Assembly (NCBI GenBank): GCA_965644315.1
Contig: CBFFRQ010000080.1
Location: forward strand, 425,580-489,579
From: Caecitellus pseudoparvulus
Taxonomy: Eukaryota; Protista; Bigyra: Bicosoecida
Length of the DNA: 64,000 nucleotides
Direction: 5' to 3'
The notes beneath the pieces are model-generated. The model did no database searches. It was not told the DNA's origin and saw only the letters and a program-made list of their open reading frames with translations. Every line of letters begins with the position of its first letter. Positions within the stretch are counted from its first letter, which is position 1. This document shows positions 10,678-22,817 of this stretch, piece after piece. Made by a program: the position numbers and the translations under genes.

Positions 10678-13619
10678 ATGGTGCGGCGAGCCGACGTGGC
10701 AGCGGGCGCTGTGGCTTTGGCTGCCGTCGCAGCTGTCGCCGCAGGCGAGGCGTGCGATTTTAGCGGGGATGAGTCGTACTTCTCGCGAAGTGACGTGGAC
10801 GCGTGCCTGAGTGCCGTGCCCTTCAACTCCACGTGGAGAAATGACACTGTGGCCCTTCTCCGAGCCGCCAGTGCGTTGCGCAGAAGTGCTGCGCCTTGCT
10901 CTGCGGAACTTGCTCCACCCTGCCACGCCTGGACGCCCCAGTGCCCAACTACGCCTTCATTGACCTAGTCAAGGACTCCGGAGCTCCGTACTACTATGAA
11001 ATGGACGTGTTGCGTGAATTCGACGCAATCCAATCCAAAGCATACGGCAGGGACTACGACTTGCACGTGCGTGCGCCGAGCGGCCAGAAGTCTGCACGCA
11101 GTCTTCACGCAGCCCCTGCCCAACGCAGCAAGACCTTGCGAGCGTGTACAACAAGCTCAACGATGCGCACACCGTTTACATTGGCCCATCATGCTATCAA
11201 GCCATGTATTCGCTGCAGGTGAGTCGAGCTAGCATGCTACTAGCTGCAACGCGGTGGATGCATCACCCCTCCCCCACTCCTGCCGCAGCCACTGAGGTTG
11301 CAGCCAGACTACTCTGCCGGGCGGTTCCGCCTGCTGACGAGGTCTATTTCTGTGGGTGGTGAGGATGTCACTTCTCGCTTTGAGCCATCCTTGCCGCTGG
11401 ACCGCGAAGTGCTTGTGAGTCCTGCTGCTGGCCACTCCCTCGCTGACCTCCCCTCGCCATGCACTGCCGCATCACACACCACGCAGGCCATCAACGGCTT
11501 TGACCCGGTCATCTGGCTCATCGACTGGGCCCGGCAGAACCTGGGGTGGACCAATGACGCTCCAGGCGCCTTCAACGCCGCAACGGCAGGCCTGCGCTTC
11601 CCCCTGCGTTCCCTTGCTCAAGGCGGCTGGCCGAACGCCACCTCCATCACCTACACGCTGGCGCCAGCTGACTTCGAGCCTTCGGGAACCAGCACATCCA
11701 CGACTGCAGGGGAGGGGGCAGCTGTGCAGTATGAGGTGGACTACCAATACCTCGTCCTGCTGCCCTCACACAACGCCAGCCAGTTCCGAGAGGAGTGCCA
11801 GCGGGAGGCCCCGCCGCCTGTGGTGAACTGCACGGCCACGCAAGCCTCTGGCAGCGCCCAGAGTGCACCCACAGCATCATCTGCAGCGCACGGGCTTGCT
11901 GTGGCGCAGCATCTCGCCAGTACTGCTGCAGCCCCACGCAGGGCTCTGCGCCTCGCAGCCGCCTCCCCAAGGCACCTCGCCGTCGCGACCGCGACGACGG
12001 AGGCGCTGGAACAGTTGCAGAACGCAGGAGTGGACCTGCACGCGACACTGGGCTTCTCTGAGCGCCTGTCGTCCGCACTGCATGCGAGTGGGGGTAACCC
12101 ACACCACCGTGTGGCGGAGCACGTCGACATGCCCGTGCCCGAGGCAGCGAAGGTGTCGGTGGGTGCGACCCAGGCGAGCCCTGACGAGGTGCCATTCAGC
12201 CTTGGCGGTGTGCTGCCCCGTGAACTGCAGGCCAGGGGGGTGAGTGGCAGCAGCGTGGTCGTTACGACTGTGTTCAACTCGCTGAACCGGGACGGCCTGG
12301 CGCTGCGCGTGTACGAGGATGAGCTGACAGGCCTATCCACCACCATCCTGACCGTGCGCACCTTCAACCCACCTTCCGTCTCCTCATGCTTCGCTGTCAT
12401 CTCCTCCACGCCCTGCCCGACTGAGCAGGAGCGGCGCCAAGCAGATGCTTGCTACTCAGCTGCCGTGAACGCCTTCCTGAACAACGCAGGGGTGCAGGCA
12501 CTGGAAACGGTTCAAGACTACGGCTCGGCTTTTGCCATTGACTTGGTGGGCAATGGTGGCGGCAACATCGTCCTGGGGCAGCTGCTCATGACCACCCTCT
12601 TCTCCACCTTGCACGCTGCGCCAGACCTCGCCTCCGCATCCTATGACTTTCACCCCTCCCCCTTGCTGCTCTCCATGGGGCAGTACAGCCTGGACAATGA
12701 CGTGGCCCTGCCAGGCTTCCCCTTGGCGGGGCTTCTCCTCCGGGACGGCCGCAGCACAGCCACGGAGAGTGGCGCCATGTCCCGCATGGACTGGTACTCA
12801 GAGGGTGTGCGGGTGCCTCGAGGGGCGCGCCCGGCCACGCCCTACTCCAAGCAGTTCTACCTGCTGAACTTGACCGCCACCGTGTCTCCCGATGCAGCCC
12901 CCGCCTTCACGCTGGTCCCAGAGCACACCATGCTCATCACTGACCTCCAGTGCGGCTCCATGTGTGCCCAGTTCGCCCATGCCGTGGCAGGAGCGGGTCT
13001 GGCCAAGGTGCTGGGGCTGGGGGGCGTCCCGTGGCTTGCCGCGGACGCCACCGCCTTCACAGGCGGCTTCGTCATCCCCAACGCTGAGAGCTTGACACGA
13101 GTGTTCGAAGCGGCACAGCAGCAGGGGTACACAGTGCCCGGTGACGGCTCGGTCTCGGCCCCCACTTACCTCCCCACCAGTGCCATCACCTCCTTCAACT
13201 TTGGCGCGGCTGTGTCCACGCTGTATGCCCCAGCCTACACGCAGTTTGTGGCGCTGAGGCCGTCTGCGCGCCTCATGGCCTGGACCAGCGGGTCCCTGCC
13301 TGTGGACACGGCTGCCCTAGCTGCACGCATGGAGCCGCTGGTTCCCCTGAGCCCGCTGTCAGCAGACAGTCGAGTGCCGCCTGGCCCCCCCGCAGCAAAG
13401 AAGGCAGATGCCGATGCGGAGGCCAAGCTGCAACGTGCCACGACCTTGGCAATCAGCTTCGGGGCACTGTTTGGCCTGGCCGTCATTGTCATTGTCATCC
13501 TGGCGTACATGCTGTTCTGTAAGAAGCAGCACTCCGGGCACCGGGTGGTGGGCGACAGCGAGGTGCGAGACGCGTACCCCGCCCATCAACGGCGCGATGG
13601 CTGCAACTCCACTCACTGA
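10678..13619 (+). CDS. Secreted or membrane-anchored peptidase S41-like protein (multi-exon)
   Basis: Hydrophobic N-terminal signal, LNDAHT motif, IDLVGNGGG, ITDLQCGSMCAQF (resembles the eukaryotic S41 'TDG.CAS.C' motif) and a C-terminal TM helix. Several short GT-AG introns are present, and the 3' end is uncertain. Confidence 0.65.
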
Positions 13620-14067
13620 TGACGCCGGCTGCCGCCTGCGCGTAGAACTTGTGTGCCTTCTTCCTCCCGAGACAATTCATTCCGTTGGCAACTTTCAAGG
13701 TGGCTTGCTCGAGCCAGCTCAGCGCGCGTGCGCTGCCGTGAAGGCAAAGCCGAGTGTCAGGCAGCACCAGCGCCAGCGCCAGAGCACACCACCTGCGGAG
13801 GTTGCTTGGTTCGACAGGCGTCGCAAGGCCTCTCACGGCAAAGGAAGGCCGCCTGCTGGACTTGGAAGGCAGTTTGAGCATATCCTCACCCGTCGCAAGG
13901 TTGCCTTGCTTGCCTGAGCGAGTGTGTCTTGCAACACAAGCTGCCAGTGTCAGGCACGCAGCAGGTGCCGCGCTGAGCAGGCACCGCCGCAAGCCAGTGC
14001 CAGGTCAACGTTGCGACGCACTCCCCGCGCTGCAGCACGAAGGGCCCCAGTCAGTACATAGCTGACT

Positions 14068-16188
14068 ATGTCTGCCTCTGAACTTGCTGCGTTGTTGTCA
14101 GATGCAGGCAGTGCGCACGTAGAGTGGGGTGCGCGGCGGTCCCGGCGAAACTCTGCCCTTGCCCCGCCAACACCAGCGTCCCACACACCCACTGCCACAC
14201 CGAAGCGGGGGAGGGCTTCCGAGCCAAAGACGCGTGCAGCGCGAAAGACGTCTTCCCAATCAGCCCAACGCACCTCCAGGCGAAAGCGCAGCACGCCACG
14301 GGGACGGGCGAGCCGCCCGCCCCCTTTGCAGCCGCCCGCTGGCCCAGCGGACTCGGATGCCCTGGACCTGGCGCCGGCAGCGAGCCCTGGCACTCTGGAA
14401 GCCATCGCTGCCGCAGGGGCCGATGGGAGGAGGCGCTCTGTGCGCATTCAACAGAGTCTGCTCTGCCCCGACACAGTCATCGAGCTGGTGTCCACGGGCG
14501 CTGCCTCGCCCTCCCCGTCCCCCCCTCCGCCTTCCACCCCGCGATCAGCCGCAAAACGCCGACGCACCAACTCCTCTACAGCTGCGCTTGCCACGCCGGC
14601 CCCTTCAAGCTCTCCCACTGCAGCTGCCTTGCCCATCAGCACGCCTGGCTGCCGCAGTGTGCCTGGCGCATACGACGGACTGTCTGCGGGCCATGCGTTT
14701 CGGCCGCGCGGTCGCTACGTTCGCTTCGCAGCCCTGCCAGCGCACGCCAGGCAACGGCTTGATGGCCTGGACTATGATGCAGACAGTGACGATGAGGCGT
14801 TCGTGACTGCCTTCAGCAGAGGGCGCAAACGGGCGCGAGGGGGGCTGACTCTAGACTGCCTTGAGGCTGCCATGCAAGCCCTGGAGCGAGTGGCCCACGT
14901 CGTTCAAGAGCGCAGGCGAGCTCAAACGGCACAACGCAGGGTGTACTTGGACCTCCGGCACCAGCGACGGGCAGTCATGTCTGTCCTGCGGGACTACGCC
15001 GGCACCCTGCAGCCGGCGGCGCCAGATGCAACCCGGCGATCAGGCCGCCTGGACTCCCTGCCTCCACCCCCCAGTACGTGCAGATGGCCTGTCACTGCCC
15101 GCATTGCGTCAGCCGTCGAACGGGCCTGTGGCCCCCCGCGGTCCCCCGCGCTGCCATCCCAGGTGGGCCGTGCTTGGAGCGTGGCCGTCGCAGCTGCGTC
15201 TGCCTCGGCCGCTGCGACCAAGGCAGCCAAGGCTAGGGCTGAAGAAGCTGCCATGGTGGCCGTTTTGTCGAGTGACGTTGACGAAGAAGGCCTGCCTGCA
15301 GCACACGTCGCCCCCCTCCCCGGCGGCGGTGACCTTACAGACAGCGACGGCGATGTAGCTGACACGGACAGACCCCCCAGTCCATCCCAGGCATCAGAGG
15401 CTGAGACAGAGCCATGGGACATTTCGGCACAACAAGCGGCGGCTGCACTGCAAGCGTCAGGGCTGGACCTCGGCGCCTCCGAGCTGGAAGCCGTACTGCA
15501 GCACTGGCGCAGCCAACGGCACGCAAACGGGGGGGCGCCACTCCTGCGAGCGTACCAAAGCCTGTCCATGGGTGACCATGGTGTCGGTGTCGGTGGGGAC
15601 GACGAGTCTGACGCCGTCACCGATGCGAGTCTGCCCGAGCTGGCGCCTGCTTCTGCTCTAGGCGGCTTGCCGGGCGAGGACGCCGACCCCCAGGCAGCGG
15701 ACGCTGACATTGCTGAGGCGGTGACGCTGGCCACAGAGCTGCGCCGATTGAAGCGCCTCAGGCAGAGCTTTGAGACAGCCCGCATGTTGGTGGATGTGTC
15801 GCGCCGCAGGGAGCGCATTCGTCGGGATGTGGTGCGCAACGCAGCCGCTTTGCGCCTGCTCGGCTTGGCGGGCGGCGACGTCGACGTGCAAGACGTCCTG
15901 CCTCTGTCACCTGGCGGGGATGAGCCGGATGGGCCAGGCGCGCCTGGTGGCGCCAGGACGCCCCTGGCAGACCACACACCCCGCTCCCCTCCGCCACAGC
16001 GGACTGGCTCTGGCAGGGCGGGCAACGGCCGGCACCAACAGTCGCTCAAAGCCTCTCGTAGCCCTTCCAGCTCGCCAGCTGGAGTGAAGACTCCACAGCC
16101 CAGATTGCCACGATCCTCCCACCGACAGGCGCCGCCAAGGACGCCCTCGCCCAGCAAGCCTCGCGCCAGCAGGTGTGCAATTATGTAG
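14068..16188 (+). CDS. Enhancer-of-polycomb (EPL1/EPC)-like protein
   Basis: Contains LDYDADSDDEAFV...LEAAMQALER, HWRSQR...PLLR and LKRLRQSFETARMLVDVSRRRERIRR, which are EPC-type motifs. Confidence 0.65.
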   Translation: MSASELAALLSDAGSAHVEWGARRSRRNSALAPPTPASHTPTATPKRGRASEPKTRAARKTSSQSAQRTSRRKRSTPRGRASRPPPLQPPAGPADSDALDLAPAASPGTLEAIAAAGADGRRRSVRIQQSLLCPDTVIELVSTGAASPSPSPPPPSTPRSAAKRRRTNSSTAALATPAPSSSPTAAALPISTPGCRSVPGAYDGLSAGHAFRPRGRYVRFAALPAHARQRLDGLDYDADSDDEAFVTAFSRGRKRARGGLTLDCLEAAMQALERVAHVVQERRRAQTAQRRVYLDLRHQRRAVMSVLRDYAGTLQPAAPDATRRSGRLDSLPPPPSTCRWPVTARIASAVERACGPPRSPALPSQVGRAWSVAVAAASASAAATKAAKARAEEAAMVAVLSSDVDEEGLPAAHVAPLPGGGDLTDSDGDVADTDRPPSPSQASEAETEPWDISAQQAAAALQASGLDLGASELEAVLQHWRSQRHANGGAPLLRAYQSLSMGDHGVGVGGDDESDAVTDASLPELAPASALGGLPGEDADPQAADADIAEAVTLATELRRLKRLRQSFETARMLVDVSRRRERIRRDVVRNAAALRLLGLAGGDVDVQDVLPLSPGGDEPDGPGAPGGARTPLADHTPRSPPPQRTGSGRAGNGRHQQSLKASRSPSSSPAGVKTPQPRLPRSSHRQAPPRTPSPSKPRASRCAIM

Positions 16189-16232
16189 TGGCGCTTGGGC
16201 AGGGAAGGCGTGCATTGTGTATGCAGAACAGA

Positions 16233-17754
16233 TTACACTGCCGTGGGAGGAGGCAGGGTCCACTGCTGCGTCATGTTCAAGCTGCTCCACGGCATGTTGT
16301 AGGCAGGGGTGGCGGAGCCGTTCACGAAGGGAGACGCGTTGGAGACGTACATGGTGCTGGTGCCAAAGTCGTACACAGCAGCGTGAGTGTCGCCGGTCTG
16401 CTGCAGTGCGGTGACGTATGAGATGACGTTCTGGGGCGACAGCTTGCCATACAGCTTTTCCATGAGGGACCCGAAGCACATGTGATGGCTTGGCTGCGTG
16501 TGCTTGTCAATGAAGACGAGGTCTTTCAACAGGGGGTGGTAGGGGGGGTATGCGGGGAAATTCACATCGTTGTAGATGTTGACGGTCTGGTGGCTGTACT
16601 CCAGGGCCCTGAACTGGTTGTTCTTCGCGTCGCCGATGCCGATGAAAATGCTGCACGTGCGGTTGGCGGAGGCGATCTTGCTGAGGGCCTGGTCCGTGTC
16701 CATGCACTTCCACATCAAGTCTTGCATCAAGAAGGGGAAGGGGTACCCGAACACATTCTGTGTCCCCTTGTAGTGCAGCCACACCTTCTCCGAGACACCC
16801 ATGCCGTTCGAGCCCATGCCTGTGATGGCCCCCATCATGCCAGCCCACCCCAGCACCGTGTGAGTGTATCCCTCCCCCTCCTCAGGGTGGTACGTCACCA
16901 GCAAGGGGTACTCCTGGAACGGCCCGTTCGTGGACCAGTCCAGGGCTCGGAGCTGCACCAGCCCTGCACCAGGAATGCCTGCTGTTGCCTCGCCCCACGC
17001 GCCCATCATGCTGCAGTGTGCTTTGATTAGCTCCGGGAAGAGGGATGTCGTCATGATCTTGTGCCACCCGAGGCCTGTGGAGTTGCCCAAGCCATATGCC
17101 AGCTGCCAGTAGTGCTCTGGGATGTGTGGGCCTGTTGCATACAGGGTGAAGTTCAGGGCTGCTGGGATGCCGTAGGTGTCGATCCAGTTCCGGACGGGCG
17201 CAGGCAGCTCCCCGATGGCGGAGTTGATCTCTGCGCCAGGGCAACTCGCGGGTGCCACAGACGAGGGCTGGAACAGGGCGCAAAGAAGCAGTTAGCGGCA
17301 TATAGGCGGCGCTCACCGTTCATGATCCAAGTTTCCATCTTTGGAAAGAGGCTTCGGATTTCGTTCTTCATCAGCTGAGCCAAGGAAGGGGGACGCGGGT
17401 GCGAGGTGTCGTGCTGCACTGCACTTCTTCAGGGCGACGTGCATACCTCGCCATACGCGAAACCCATCTGATACGGCGTTCCGTACTGCACAGGAATGGT
17501 CATGAAAGCATGTTCACGCAGTCACAGGGCCCGCGCATGCTCCCCCAACGCACAACGTGCAGCACTGGCAGCTTTACCGGCAGAGCAGGCGAGCCAGTCT
17601 CCCACCGACTGCCCCACGTGGAGTTGGCGACGAACGTGGGAGCTGCGTCGTAAATGGGGAGGGTGTTGGGGGTGGATCCAGGGCAGTCCGTCTGGGCATG
17701 GACGAGGCCCATGGTGCCTGCGGCAGCCAGCAGAACGGCGCTGAGCAGTCGCAT
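16233..17754 (-). CDS. Secreted Ntn-hydrolase, peptidase C45 / acid-ceramidase-like (Dictyostelium Dcd1-like), multi-exon
   Basis: Signal peptide MRLLSAVLLAAAG, an exon encoding YGTPYQMGFAYGE, the autoproteolysis site AH/CSMMGAWG, and QLRALDW and GAITGMGSNGMGVSE. Confidence 0.75.
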
Positions 17755-17914
17755 GGTTCTGCTCCTGCGACGGTTCACGAGAGCGAAGCCGCCGAGAGGG
17801 CGACGTCGGGAGGTGCAGTTCCAGGCAAAGACTGCACTGGCCGAGGTGCGGAGAGAAAGTTGGTGATGGTGGTTTGCATTTGCTTGTCCGTCAGCCACTG
17901 TGAACCGGCAACAC

Positions 17915-20385
17915 TCAAAGGCGAGGGGAAGACGCACCACTGTCGCCTTGAGATGACATGGCAGCTGAGATGCGACCCAGTAGGTCCAGCTCGCCGTCGC
18001 CCAGGTCCTCACTGCCCCCCCCGTCACTATCACTATCGGAGGCTGAGCCTGGCAATGACTCTGGTGTGTCAGACGACGCCAGGCTGCTTTCAGAGGAGGA
18101 CTCACTGGCAACGTCAGCATCTTCGCCGACAGCCTCAACGGTAGTCGCTTCAGCTGCAGAGTCGCCAGTAGTATGAGCAGCCGGCTCGCTGCCTTCCGCG
18201 CTTACCCCCAAAGGTGCCCCTGCCGCCACCCCCCCATCCTCCGTGTCACTGCCCTCGCCACTCGCTTGCCCGTGCTCCACCTCCTCCCCCTGCATCACAC
18301 TGCTGGCATCATCGGCTGCCCCCACTTCTTCCCCCGCCGATGTTGCCTCCTCTGCCTCACTCTGGGGTGTGGCTGCCCTTTCCTCCCGGCCAGGATCAGG
18401 GATTGCAGGCTGCGAAGGAGGCGAGACTGCCGTCCCTGCCGCGTCGTCTCCTTCGCAGACGCTCGCCACGTCTCCATCATCGTCAGGGGATGCATGAAAG
18501 CCAACTTCTTCTTGGACAAGCTCACTCTCGGACGGAACCCCAGGGCCGCCAGCCTCCTCCTGGAGTGGGGATGCCGGGGCTGAGGGCACAGAGCTGGTGC
18601 GGGTGGCGGTCGCATCTCCTGCCAGCGCAGCAAGCGGGCGGAGAGGGGACGGCTCTGGCACAGCCTGCACCGTGATGTTATCAGCACCAGGCTCCTGTGC
18701 ACCTGGAGGGGGGGGAGTCCGCCCAGCATGCCTAGGCACCTCTGCTACGAGGGCCGCAGCGTGGGCCTGCAGTGCCTCCAGGGAAGCGGTTGCCCCGACT
18801 TGTTCCCCACTGGAGTGCCCCGTGGAGATGCTGGAGGACCGCGAGGAGCCTCGAAGGACGACAGGCTGGGCGGGCTCGCGAAGAGCAGCGATGGGGCTGG
18901 GGAGCACAGTGCTGGGCCCAGACCGCAGCGTGTCCAGGTCGGCCAGCTCCAGCGCCTCCAGCTGCGCCTGGCGCAATCGAGCGTTGTGGTAGAGACGGTC
19001 GTGCACAGAGACGCCAGATGCGTCCAGAGTGCCAGGCTTGTGTGGAGAAGTGGAGGGCGTGAAGGTGCAGGCTGCAGCCTCCGCCTCCTGCCGCTTCAAC
19101 ATGCTCTCTCGGTGCTTTGCCTCCCGCGCAGCCATGGTCTGCAAGCCCGAATGGTAGAGGCGGTCAGTTACACTGGGGGACCCTTCGCTGGCCCTTCGTG
19201 AGGAGAGAGACCTGCTCTTTGCGGAGATCTGAGGGGTGAAGGGGCAGTCGTCCAGCGGGGGCTGCTTCCCGTGCACTCGCCGGGCGCTCCAGTCGGAAGC
19301 CTGGCGCTGCAAGCGCTGGAAGGCCTTCCCGTCGCTCGGCCCTTTTTTGGTGCCCCTTTTCTTGCCAGTCACAGGCGTGAACGTGCAGGCAGCCAACTCC
19401 GCTTCCTGTTTCTTGGCAGCTGCTGCCTCCCTGGCCTTGAGCTTCGCACTGGACTCCGCGTACAGCCGCTCGAACACTGGGCCGGTCCGCTTGCTCTTGT
19501 CCTTGCTGCGGGTGTTGACTTGTGGCTTGAAGGTGCACCCCACGGCCATGTGGGAGGGGACGTCGGGACTGCGGCGGCGCGGCGGGGCAGGCGAGGTCTT
19601 GGGCTGGCAGGTGGCGGCCACTGCATGCCTGCAGCACTCACTTCCGCTCTGGAGAATTCCGCTTCACCAACCAGGCCTTGTCGTACAGGCGGTCGTGAGC
19701 TTTTCCCTGGCGCCTGTGTGAGTGAGGGCGAGGCTTGCTGAGCACGGCAGCCGGCGCAGACTGGGCAGCGTGCAGACGCACTGCACTGCCTTGGCCTTGG
19801 CCGTCAGCATGGGGGAAAACGTGCAGCCCTCTAGCTCTGCGGCCTCCCTTCGCGCTTGAATGCGGGCCTTGGCAGCTTCACCCTGTAGCATGTGCAGGAA
19901 TGTGGTGCTGAACGTGCCCAGGCTCCTGTCGGCTCAGTCCCACTCACCCGCTTCAAGAGGGCTTCAAACACCCGGCCTTTTGGTCGATCCGACAGCTCCT
20001 TGGACTTCTTGCTGATTTCTGGCTTGAACGTGTGCTGGCCGAAGTGTGCATCCTCCGCCGCCTTTCGTTTGCTGGCAGCCACCGCCGCACTGTCGTACAA
20101 GCTCTTGGACGCTTCGCTGCCTGACCGCGCCTTGAGGGCACCCTTTCCCTTGCGCACATTGGTGCTCGGCGTGAATGTGCACTCCGCATCCAGCTGCTGC
20201 TGCAGCAGCTTCTTCTTCGCCTGCAGCGGACGCCGCAGTGTCAGCCGTCAAACAGTGAAACGCGAAACGCCAGGGCACTTCGCCACACGAACCTGCAGCT
20301 GCAAAGCCTTCTCGTACAGGCGCACCGGAGCCTCCTCCGTTTCCTCCTGCAGCACTAACTTCTGATCCTCTGGATCAGCAGCCAT
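17915..20385 (-). CDS. Repeat protein with about 7 C(T/P)F(T/K/S)P...RLY units and an acidic C-terminal tail; possibly microtubule-associated (multi-exon)
   Basis: Units ECTFTP, HTFKP, GCTFSP, GCTFKP, ACTFTP, DCPFTP and ACTFTP alternate with VFERLY/DRLY/SLY helices. ATG is at 20385, with GT-AG introns. Confidence 0.6.
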
Positions 20386-20555
20386 GGCCCCAACACGCGG
20401 GGCCGGAATGCCACACTCTCTGCACACTGCCAGTTGGTCTGCGAGAATGACGCCGCATGTACACAGCGCCTGCAGCTGCACGCGGTTGCGCATTCGGCAG
20501 TGCATCTCCCTTCGAGATGCGTTCAGAATGTATTTGGATCAAAAGCTTGCATTGT

Positions 20556-22817
20556 CTACTTGATGTGCCGCGACAGCCGCGCGGCAAGGGCAGGAGGCGG
20601 CGCTCGGGCTCGCTTAGCTGGCTCTGCCACACCGCTGACGGTGTCCACTCGAGGAAGGCCGGATGCCTCCCCACCCAGCGTGTCACCATTATCAAAGAGG
20701 GGCGCTGCCATGACCTTCCGGGAGCGCTTCACACCACCAGTCTTGGGGTTGCTGGCGAGCCACGCCCCAGGCAGGGCCTTCAGCGTGCTGGCCTTGAACG
20801 CAAGGGAGGCCTCATCCACAGTTGAGAGGCCCGGGAGTCGGCCGGCGGCCGCGGCAGCCGCCTCCTCAGCGCGCTCCTTTACGGCGCCTGTGCCGTCTGC
20901 GTCGTCGCCCTCCTCGGCCGCCGCAGCCCCCAGCGGCAGCCGAAAGAACTGACCCTCCTTCTGCCACTCCTTCGCCGCCTGCATGCCAAAGCCATTGCCA
21001 AGGAACCCCTGCAAGCGGCCGCCTGGCCCAGGCTGCACTGACCGCGTGGACAGGGAGTTGGCTGTCCAGGACGGCAGGCCGATGTGCCGCCGCACCAGGG
21101 CCACGCGCTCCCGCTGCTGGTGGGCCCACTCTCGGCCTTTGTCGCCCCACACCTCATCGGGCAAGCTGCTCCAGTTCACCAGGCGCTCCGCCACTCGCAT
21201 GCCCACGTTGTACTCCCGCCTGCGCAGGAGGTACCCTTTGAAGTTCCCTACCACGCGGCTGAGGTCCACGGAGTGTGACCTGCGCATGCTGGCGTAGTCC
21301 TCAGCCAAAGCCACGAAAAACGTCGCCTTGGGCACAGTGAGGGGCTCCTCCTTCCCAGGCACCGACACCTCCTGCTGCGTTTCAATGCACTTGGGGAAGT
21401 TGTAGGCAAAGCTGAGGGGCACGCGATCCCGCTGCATCTGCAGCACCAGGCGGCGCATCTGGGAGTCCACCAGGTCTCGCCACGCTTCAAAGGCACCAGC
21501 AATGGCTTCTGGGTCGCGAGACAGCTGCTCCCCCTCGTCCCCCTCCGCCTCTCCCTCTCCGGCAGCCGCGTGACCTGCCCCCGCCCCTTCGTCCTCGCCC
21601 CCCTCCTCGCCCTCGCCCTCTCCCTCAGCCTCCTCGGGCACGCCATCCACCCACACGTCAATGGCCAGGTAATGGTCAAACTCCAGGAAGAACTCGCTGG
21701 GGGCGCACACCTCTGCCCAGTCATCGTGAGCCACCGAGCCGGGAGCTGCGATGTGCTTCGCGTAGATGTCCCGCAGAAGCTCGTACCCCCGCACAAACTC
21801 CCTGTGCATGACTGCGAGGGAGGACCAGCTGACGCTGTATGTGGAGGAGTTGCAGGGGTAGGCTGGGGTAAGGACGGGCATGGCCTCCTCCCGTGCCCGC
21901 TGGTCCACGGTGGGGTCCCACACGGCGTACCCGAGCTCGGGGTCTTCATAGGGCTTGCACAGCATGATGGGCTTGGGCCATGGCCATGTGGCCATGATGC
22001 GGAACCAGTGGAAGAGCAGCACAGCCGGAGCTGCCCTGGGGTACAGCTGGCAGACGAATGCGGCCAAGATGGCGTAGTTCACGCCACCCAAGTACCCTGC
22101 TTTGTTGCTGTAGATGCCCCTCTGCTTCGCCCAGCCACGCAGGAAGCGGAGGAGAACCTTGTACGCCTCCATGTCGCTGACCAGGCTGATGATGAGCTCT
22201 GTCGTGCGGGGGCCGTTCAAACTGCGCAGGTCGCTCTCTTCACAGCCTCGCAAGACGCTGTCGTCCAAGAAGTTGAAGTCGTTTGTTACCGAGTGTGCGT
22301 CTACCCGGGCAAAAAGCAAGTCGATGGCAAGTCCCCGGATGTCGAGTTCAATGATTGGCACACCAACGTGAGGCAGCGGGTGGCAGCGGGAAACCCACTT
22401 GTCTGCCTCAAACACCGCCACGAGGGAGCCGAAGAAGTCATCCCGGGAAATGTGCTTGGGGGCCACACAAATGCAGTCAATGTCAGAGCCGGGCCCGGCA
22501 ACGCCGAGACGGTACGACCCAGAGATGAGCACTCTGCCACAGTGCCCCCGAGCGGAGGCCGTGTCTGGGAAGATGCCCTTGGAGACACACTGCCCTTCTG
22601 CCCAGCCCTGGAACAGACTGATCAGGTGCCCTAGCACCTCTTGGCGGTTCTTCTCTTGATCCCTCTTCTCGAGAGGCTGTTCCAAGGCCAAGAACTCCTT
22701 CAGGGACTCGGAAAGTTGTTGCTCAGCGGGAGTGGGACCGTCACGCGACAGCGTCGACACCAGTGGGACAACGCTGGCCCTGGCCGGCGCAGCTGTATCC
22801 CGCACTTGCATCATCAT
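20556..22817 (-). CDS. PAP1: Canonical nuclear poly(A) polymerase
   Basis: Nucleotidyltransferase motif GSYRLGV...SDID, plus IDLLF, RSLNGPR, WAKQRGIYSN..GYLGG and MPVLTPAYP..NS. Confidence 0.95.
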   Translation of the reverse strand: MMMQVRDTAAPARASVVPLVSTLSRDGPTPAEQQLSESLKEFLALEQPLEKRDQEKNRQEVLGHLISLFQGWAEGQCVSKGIFPDTASARGHCGRVLISGSYRLGVAGPGSDIDCICVAPKHISRDDFFGSLVAVFEADKWVSRCHPLPHVGVPIIELDIRGLAIDLLFARVDAHSVTNDFNFLDDSVLRGCEESDLRSLNGPRTTELIISLVSDMEAYKVLLRFLRGWAKQRGIYSNKAGYLGGVNYAILAAFVCQLYPRAAPAVLLFHWFRIMATWPWPKPIMLCKPYEDPELGYAVWDPTVDQRAREEAMPVLTPAYPCNSSTYSVSWSSLAVMHREFVRGYELLRDIYAKHIAAPGSVAHDDWAEVCAPSEFFLEFDHYLAIDVWVDGVPEEAEGEGEGEEGGEDEGAGAGHAAAGEGEAEGDEGEQLSRDPEAIAGAFEAWRDLVDSQMRRLVLQMQRDRVPLSFAYNFPKCIETQQEVSVPGKEEPLTVPKATFFVALAEDYASMRRSHSVDLSRVVGNFKGYLLRRREYNVGMRVAERLVNWSSLPDEVWGDKGREWAHQQRERVALVRRHIGLPSWTANSLSTRSVQPGPGGRLQGFLGNGFGMQAAKEWQKEGQFFRLPLGAAAAEEGDDADGTGAVKERAEEAAAAAAGRLPGLSTVDEASLAFKASTLKALPGAWLASNPKTGGVKRSRKVMAAPLFDNGDTLGGEASGLPRVDTVSGVAEPAKRARAPPPALAARLSRHIK

